A stretch of 64,000 nucleotides of DNA, taken from the NCBI GenBank assembly GCA_030141605.1, contig JAQGDQ010000184.1, positions 124,001-188,000 of the forward strand. The letters run 5' to 3'. Below are positions 55,426 through 64,000 of the stretch, piece after piece. A program made the translations under genes and the position numbers. The notes under the pieces are model-generated. The model saw nothing but the letters and a program-made list of their open reading frames with translations, ran no database searches and had not been told where the DNA came from. This stretch comes from Tubiluchus corallicola. Lineage: Eukaryota > Animalia > Priapulida. Numbering within the stretch: the first letter of the stretch is position 1; each line of letters opens with the position of its first letter.

Positions 55426-58400
55426 GGGACACGGCCCTCTCTTATACAGAATCTCTTGTGCAGTAATAACTAACTGCAGTAAAATTTGCCGACGATCAAA
55501 ATTATCCCGATAAATAAAAACGATTAGAGGGGAATGGAAGGGGAAACGCAATGATGTAATGGTGGCCTATATGGAATTAATGTATTCCAAAAAAATAAGT
55601 CTGTGCGGGATGCTTCCTTATTTACTTTGCTCTTGCCTAAATTGGCATGTTAATGCCAAGAAGCCCTCTTGTTTACATGTCATTTGCACGTATCGGCTAG
55701 CAAAGATAAATAGGCTGCACACGTCTATATTAACAGTATATGGCTGGTCATTTTACTTTTGTTCATTTTAATTATGTTTTCAGCCGTCTTTTGTTACGTT
55801 TCTTCAAACAAAAAGTAGGACAGGTTTTTTGAAAAGGAGCCGTTGATCACGATATTGCCATTTGGACACCTGCACGTGCTTTAATTTTCTCAACGTCCTC
55901 ATACTTTGCAGCTATAAAGCATCTACATCTTTGCCAACAACACCTCAACACCTCAGCACCTACAAGTTCATTACATACGCTGCAGTTTCAGCGTATACTC
56001 GACGAGGAATGTCAGTATTTCGCGTTGGTTCACGTAGTCAAACTGAGACGCCGCGCTTAGACGGATTATAAAGCAATTGTCGAGGCAGCTGCGGATTCAA
56101 TATTGCGTTTTTGTACTCGGCAAACAACTATTCCGCTTGAACAATCATATAAAACGTAGGGATTTCATCTTATTGGCAAACAGTTTGAAATCCCTTTAGT
56201 CGAGACGCACTTGCGTGGATTCTGCGAAGAATGCGTTTAAAGTTTTCTTTAAACAGAACAGCTCGGTCTGATTGTTTGGTTCGAATCGATACATTTCTGC
56301 CTTATTCGTTTAAACAACCGAGGGGTTTATTGACGGTTTTCTTGCCTGTGAGTGATATCCCGGCGATTACAGGTATCCCAGAGCATGTGAAATAATAGCT
56401 TCTCTCAAACTTCCACCATTATCATAAGTTTAAATGGCATCTGTAAGCAAGTGTAAAGCTATTTGGTGACTAGTTTCCTCGAATGCAAATCTGCTCCTGG
56501 CAATGTAGTTCGCTCGAACTATAATTAACGCATTAATAAAATATCAAAACCTAACCTTAACCAGTTAAAAATATTAGTAACAACATTCTTAATGTAAATC
56601 TAATCCCTGCCCCTCATTCTCCATTATTTCACCATCTTTCTCACCACATCTTCACACTCATTACCTTTCAGGCTTTTCTTCGTTTTATCTTGCACCTGCT
56701 GCACTCCCATTATTCCATATTGCCTGTTTGTCACAGGTCTTACAAGTTCACCCTCTGATCTGACCCACTAATTATTAGACTGTCTCTTATTTAAGAATAT
56801 TTCTCTTGTTATTTCTATATTGTATATTTTTGTGTATGATATTGACTATATAAATAAATTATAAAACGTAAAAGAAACTGAGGATGTTGTGATTCAGAAG
56901 TAGCAGGCCAAGAAAAACGAGCCTAATTGCTCGGGTGCTCGGTGCAGATCATCAGGTTTTTTCCGATCGCATGTCTATTGTAAGTTGGTATACATTAAGA
57001 TACATAAGACACACATAGCCTGTGGGTCATTTTTCAATATTCCATATTTTGCTGGAGTGGACAACTTGAAAACTTGGTGACAAAACGAAGAACTCAAACA
57101 AGTGAACAATTCAACAAATTTTCTGTATGGTGATGGGTATTGTCCTACAAATTACTAAAAATATGACTATAAAATTATTTATAAATGAACAACGCGTATT
57201 CAAAAAATCTATGGCTATATGTACCAAGCATCAGATTTGAAGAATGACTGGCGACACAATCTTTTTTATGCAGTTAATTTTTCTCATCTAACAAATTACT
57301 TAGACTGCAATTACGCATATAAAAAAGCCAAGGTAACGTGTTTTTCTGATATTTTACTGCATTACTTTAAAAAAATGGAACACAGATCCATAAAAGTTAG
57401 GCCTATATGTCCATGTGTCTTATAATGAACTTTTGGTACCTTTTAATACAAAAAAGGCTTTTGGCGACCTTGGATTTTCTTCTATTGTACTGAAATACGG
57501 GAATTCTTTGCATCAAAACCTTAGATCTGTTTCAGCTCTGCAACTATTTAAAAAAAATTGAAGCACATCTCTTTAAAAATTATTATGATCAATTCCAACT
57601 GCTGTAGACTTCAAAAACGACCTATTTTTACTATGATTTCTTTCTAGTAAAAGGTGATTACTTTTGCATGTTTTGTGCAAAATTTTTAAGTAATTTTATT
57701 AGTGTTATATGTTCTTAATTGTGCATCTGTAACTATGCAGTTTTACTGTACAGCGCCATTGATTGTTTAAAAGTGCGCTTTATAAAGTACATTTTATTAT
57801 TATTTATTATGCCCCTGCAAAATGAAAAATAGTCGAAAACCACTTTTCAGTACATACCTAATCGTACACATTCAGTTAAAATGGCCTCTAAAGTAAAGCA
57901 TCATTTTAGTTCTTTTTGGTTGTTTCTTGTACCTAGCAGTAATAAATTCCTTGACCAATAAAACGTACCAATCAACTGTATTTTACACCATTTCAAGAGT
58001 GATTGGCAATACCAAATTTTTGCCAAATGGACAACTGCAACAAATTGAAAATATCCGTTAGAACAGCCAAAACTACAGACGGTAAGATGGCAGACAACTA
58101 GAAGGATTACAGATTTTTGAGAATACAGAAAGTGAAATTTTTCAAAGATACCATCTCTCAAGCATCTCCTAGGGGAGGCATGATGAGTTATGAATGCTTT
58201 GTAGCCTTAATGGACTTGAAGACTGACCAACATAAATTGCTTGGCTTTAGACTTGGTGATGTCACTAAATTTGCACTAAAGCTGTTTTTCTGAGGACACA
58301 GTCACCTACGTAATATCTGTGCAAATTTATAACTGTAAGTTTAACACGTAGTTGAAATCTGTATGGTAGAGATAGGAGAAGCCTGTCAACTTGTAGGGAC

Positions 58401-60925
58401 AGTAAACTGCTTTCCCTTGCTTCACCTAAATCATCAATTTTGTGCAGATGACCTGGGAACTGTTGTAGCAGGTGACACACCTCTTGCAAAACTGTGTTAT
58501 TTGCTCCCCCAAACCCCGAACCTTGTAATGCAGAAGACGCGAATAGATTAGGCGCGTTTAGAGCGACAAAACCTGCAATATCGTCGTAGGGTTGGAAAAC
58601 AATTTCACGTTCTCTGCAAAAGCTGTAAGCAAGGTGTATGATAAATGTTTTTTTTAGTGTCTCCTATTCAGCAAGACCACGCAGAAGCTAGAGTGTTTAC
58701 TTTATAATATGCAACCATTCAAAGGCAGTTTAGTCTTAAATTCTTGATAGAGGCATCGCAAATGCTCTATATTTTATTAATTCCTACAATTCGACAACTT
58801 TTTATAAAATTTTTTGCTTCGCGTGCTGTACGTGTATTTTACGTGTACATGTACGTGTACAGCTTGTAATATAAAAAAAATTGTTTGTATATTTTAGACG
58901 ACAATAAACGTAAACTTAACATAAACTTTAGCATCTAATCTAGAATAAAAAGATGCCTGAAGCAGTAGCACACAGTAGATCAGATAACCTCTTAAAAACG
59001 TTATACAACAAATCAAAATGTATCACATTTAAAAACACAATAATTTTGTGAGTCAGAAAAAGGTTGCAGGCACTAATTTGCAGTAAATGGGGGACACTGC
59101 AAAAGTTATAGAAGATGAAAGAAATAAAATTATATGCACAGACGAGTAACTGACATATAAACTGGCCATATATAATGGAACTATGGAGAAAGTCGAGTTC
59201 TCTGAAAATTTACTAAAAATAGGTAAATGTTCACACTAAATACTTTAGCGAAGATTTGTCATATTATGTCTTTTTGTACTGATTATAGCTGTTGTTGCAG
59301 GCAGCTTCCCATGCTATTTGTTGACCCTGACCATAAGCTGGCATTTCTGCCTGGTGATGTTTATAGTCTAATTAGCAAATCAAAAGACAATACAGAAAGT
59401 TTATCTGATGCGTCTTTCCCACTTTCAACTTTATGACAACCTGATGCCAAATTAAAGCAAAGCAGGATGGTCTTTCATATCCCATATTGAAAGTAAAGAT
59501 AAAGATAAAGGTAAAAATGCACATTTTAACACATATAAAAATGCCAAAGTGTTTCTGATAATTAAGTATTAACTTAGAAATTTAATTAACGATAGGGGAG
59601 CACAGCTAGTGATTAACGTCAGAAGTAGACAGTTTTGTAGTAACACTAATATTCCATGAGCGTATATCACGCGTTTGCAAAAGCGAAAATTGAGATACAG
59701 TGCTACTCTAAAATACTCGACAAATTTTAAGTTACAGATTTAAGTTTAAACTTACAGCTGTACCAACATGTGATTTTATCACAGGTGTGTTTTACGTAAC
59801 TTTAGTTTACTTTAAGTGCCCAGAACTAAACTGAGAGGTACGCCTGTTTTTTGTAACGTACTTCCGAGACATCGCTGTGTCCACCTAACTAGCGAATGGA
59901 AGAGCGAAAAACTAACGACGCGAATGTGAAATTAAACTTCAAAATTCCTGCAAAAGTCCCTTCAAAATTTGAAACATAAGATCATGTTGAGCTATAGTTT
60001 AACCGACTGTGCCCGGTTTTCTTTTAAGAATCTCACTACCCGAATACGTTTTTTGCAACTATTTTGCTTTTATTTGATAATAGTAATGGCAAATTAAGTT
60101 AACGGGCGATGGATTTTGGCGATTGGCATTCAAAGATTGCATACACACCAATACTAAGGACCGTTTCTTTTGGTTTTAAAGGCTTCTTGGAACTAATATG
60201 CAGCTTTTCTGCTCGATCTGCATTGCAAATGTAAGCATTATTGACAGCACTCTGTTTTGTGGAACCATTATATTATTTGAATTATGTGTGATCATGAAGG
60301 ACATTGCACTGGAATTTGTAACTAAATTAAGCGAATAACAGAAGATGACAGACAGAGAATTAATGCACACGTAGTTTGAAGTAAACTGCCGATAGCGGGA
60401 TCAATAGGATAAAGGAGGGCTGTCCCAAGCGATACTATTGTGAAACGCATTACGTGTACTTTATTTAATGACACAAAATCAAAGTGAAACTCTTTCAGGA
60501 TTACAGGCAACTGAGAAATGTAGCGAAGAATTCCGAAAATCAGAAGCAAACCCAGAGTGGACTCTTCATCCTGTTCTGAGCGATTTGCGAAGCAACCGCA
60601 TAAATCTATGGCAACATGCTATACAATAACTAGAAGCAAAACTGCCATTTGCATTCATTGCTTTTCTCATATTGCTCATAAATTTTTATCGAATTTCTGA
60701 AATGCAAGCCACAATATAACAGTAACTTTAAACGAGGCAATGTCAGCTTGAGGTCAAGTTGTATTTTACAAAATACAGTTAGCTCGGAATCATCGATATA
60801 GTAATACGCTTTAATTATTAGGAAGGTTAGAGTAATTTTATTCAGAACTGAATAGATTGTACGTGGGCATAAAAACTAAGATCACTGAAAGATCACTGAA
60901 CAAAAATTGAGATACTACAAGTTTT

Positions 60926-61208
<283 letters not shown>

Positions 61209-61669
61209 TAAACATAATTTAAACATTACACTGCATTAATTTTTACGCTAAATTCTTCACAGTTACCACTTTCTTACTAAACAAGCTGGTCTAACACGTG
61301 GTAATGAATATTGAAAAATTAAGTGCTCTGGGGGTTTGACTGCCCAAACCGCAAACACACAGATCTGAATCAATTATTCCTATCCTATATCTAAACGATT
61401 TGCATCCTTCTCCAAATAGAAGAGGTAACGTACTTGTTTCTATAAATCTGTCATATTTACATGACTAATATATCTAATGGTTTTGCGAATTACAGGAATT
61501 ATCTCTCGCTGATTACCGGTTAACTGGTTTATATGTTGTATTTTTCTACTCCATAAGGTTTTGATGTATTTATCGACTTCATTTTTATTATACTTGAAGT
61601 TTGTATTGTCCGAATTGCCAACGTACCATTTCGGGCAATTTCTATGCCTTTTGTAATTTTAAAAACATG

Positions 61670-62635
61670 TTATGTAATTAGCCAAAAATTATCAAAATAT
61701 TGGCCCAGACTACGAAGCTGATCAATAAGTTGAATTTCATACCAAACTACATCATCCTCTGATTTATCTAAAGCTTTCATTAAAAATTTGCTAACAATAG
61801 ATGAGAACTGTATGTCGATTGGGGGTAATCCACATACTAATTCTAATTCAGTTTTAGGCGGATTGTACTTAACACCCATGGCTGTTTTGAGTACATCGTA
61901 TATAAGGTCGTCAAAAGCCTGTATTTTTGAATCTAACCAGCATGTAGCGGCGTACACTAAGAGGAGAGAGAGAGGACATCGGTATATCAAGTGTGGATTC
62001 TGGGCTTCCGTGCCACATTCACAAAGCTCATCTCTAGCAAATCCAATATGTCTCATCAATTCATTGAATGGACCCTGTCCAGTCAATAACCCCACTGCTG
62101 CTACTTCTACTCCTCTTTCGGATTTTCCAACTTTTAAAGTAAGAGTCGGATCTAAATTTTTATGCGACAAATTGGCTGTGCTTTCCCCACGTAGTTGAGC
62201 ATTAGTCTTTAGTTTTTTACTCCATTTCATATTTAAATGCATATCATTTTGACGGTAGTGAAACACGTTGTGATGTAACTCTGTCACACGTTCGGAGCGA
62301 ATATCAATATTTTTAGTGACGTACGTTGCTCATATGTAGCCGAAGTAGATGCTTCCGGTCCTGTGGGGTTGATGCTACACTACACATTTTTTCTGTAATG
62401 TGGTTTCTAAGGATATCATTAGCATTACCACTTAGAACCTTTAAGAAAAATTTTACTCCTATAATTTTAGCGTTAAGGTCGATAGTTGGCAGACCGCAAA
62501 TTTGTTCTAGAATTTCTCTCGCCGGGAAGAAGATGGAACCAGTCGCTGTTTTCATGACGTCATACATGATATCATCGAAGGCTGAGTATTTTCATGGCAG
62601 CCAAGCTGATGATGCGTACAATATTATGGGCAAGA
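61670..62635 (-). mobile_element. Two stacked fragments of related non-LTR retrotransposons (post-RT thumb region and CCHC knuckle)
   Basis: Fragment A (62635-61975): LPIILYASSAW...AFDDIMYDVMKTATG...LEQICGLPTID...LLTGQGPFN...CECG...HLIYRCP. Fragment B (61960 to about 61670): LVYAATCW...AFDDLIYDVLKTAMG...LELVCGLPPID. Confidence 0.8.
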
Positions 62636-62654
62636 TGAGAGAGAGAAAGAGAGA

Positions 62655-62687
<33 letters not shown>

Positions 62688-62745
62688 AAGAGAGAGAAAG
62701 AAAAATACTTTATCGTGTAGCTCTATGTATTGAGTTCACTGGCTT
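62636..62745. repeat. (GA)n plus a second copy of the short repeat-family segment
   Basis: (GA)n at 62636-62700, followed by TACTTTATCGTGTAGCTCTATGTATTGAGTTCACTGGCTT. Confidence 0.85.
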
Positions 62746-63773
62746 CATTTAGACAAGCTTTAAATTAGCGATTCACTGCATGCACTTGCACATATATGAA
62801 ACCGGCAGTGCAGGCATTGCATCAATGTGACCGGCAGTTAATTAGCGGACAATCGCTATTTGGATTGGAGCTTGCTGTCTAATGATCACCCTTCCATTAA
62901 TCAATTATGTATTAGATCACGTGTATTAAGTCACGTGATTTGTACAGTTTCATGCACCAGTTGTCCTAGGTAAATCGATCAACTTGTCTGCAACGCTTGG
63001 TCAGAAGGTCCGACGGATTAAGCTCACAATAATTACATTTCCCATTTCTCTGCGGTATTTTAGCTGGTTTTAGACGAGAAGCCACCCAGGGCAAGATGAA
63101 TGCCTTCCTTTGTTATCCACACATTGAACACTGTACGTCAAGTAGCTGGATGAAAATGATTAGTAATTTAGTAAATTTTAGTTTTAACGTTGCATCGGAG
63201 GGCTAGATCTGTTAAGGTTTTAGCCGATCCAATATAGGTGATGCAACAAACGCTAGCTGTAGTTCAGTAATTTTGATCACTCTGTTGATTTTTACGAGCA
63301 TCCCCTAAGACAATACCTTAAACTAACGCATACATGAATATACTGTGTGGGTTTCTTTGCTTAACTGTAGAGGGATGAGGAGGTTCTTAGCAAACGCATT
63401 CAATATAAAGTAATTTCTTTTCTTAGTTGGCTAAGTTTTGACAGTTAGTGACAATTGCCTTGGCTTCTTAACAAATTGACTGCGGTGGCGGCGACTATGA
63501 TGGTGATGACGCGACAACAACTTCTCTAATTCCGATGAATATATATATAGCATGGAAATAATGTAACGGCATTACGTACCATCCCATGTTACAACTAGTA
63601 ACAGCAGAAGTACTTGATCTAATGTTTTTGTAGGTAACAATGTCCAACGTTTGATTTGCATTGAATCTTCTTTAGTGAGATCAGCTGCAAAGGGTTGTGC
63701 TCCGTTAAACTTATTTATTTTAATCACGGTTTTTTTGTAAATCATGCCAAGACGGTGCGTGAGGGGTGAAAGA

Positions 63774-63779
<6 letters not shown>

Positions 63780-63849
<70 letters not shown>

Positions 63850-63903
63850 AGAGAGGAGAAAGAGGAGACACAGAGAAAGAGGAGACACAGAGAAAGAGAG
63901 AGA
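63780..63903. repeat. (GA)n microsatellite
   Basis: Read directly from sequence. Confidence 0.95.
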
Positions 63904-64000
63904 CTGATAAGTGGTGTGGCTGTCTGCGACATAATAAAACCGAGCACTGCACAGTTATAGCAAAGCTTCGCATAGATAGTGGTGTAGTGTCATATTAAAT

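Noticed and set aside
61670-62287. 205-aa ORF as a novel protein gene
   Set aside because: It is a chance in-frame fusion of two retrotransposon fragments across a CT tract.

Overview
AT-rich genomic DNA from an invertebrate animal, probably a protostome; it is not prokaryotic. The ORF track mostly catches exon fragments, antisense shadows and microsatellite noise. Hand-splicing gives four genes. (1) A minus-strand gene whose first two coding exons carry an ABBA/KEN-like motif and a D-box, resembling a securin or mitotic-cyclin N-terminus. It lies head-to-head with (2) a complete 9-exon eIF3 subunit I gene (326 aa) containing a clear U12-type intron. (3) A complete HTATSF1/Tat-SF1 gene (10 coding exons, 548 aa) with an unusual Trp/Tyr-rich insertion. 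(4) The 3' four exons of an HCN/Ih channel on the minus strand. Introns and intergenic DNA hold decayed LINEs, tRNA/5S-like SINEs, MITEs, minisatellites and microsatellites. Best leads: a diverged repeat array just downstream of the HCN stop that carries five bantam-type seed matches; the FUBP/PSI-like aromatic repeats in HTATSF1; non-LTR fragments that repeatedly abut (CT)n tracts; and a small inverted-repeat element carrying telomere-type hexamers. I cannot claim a new biological system with confidence from sequence alone.
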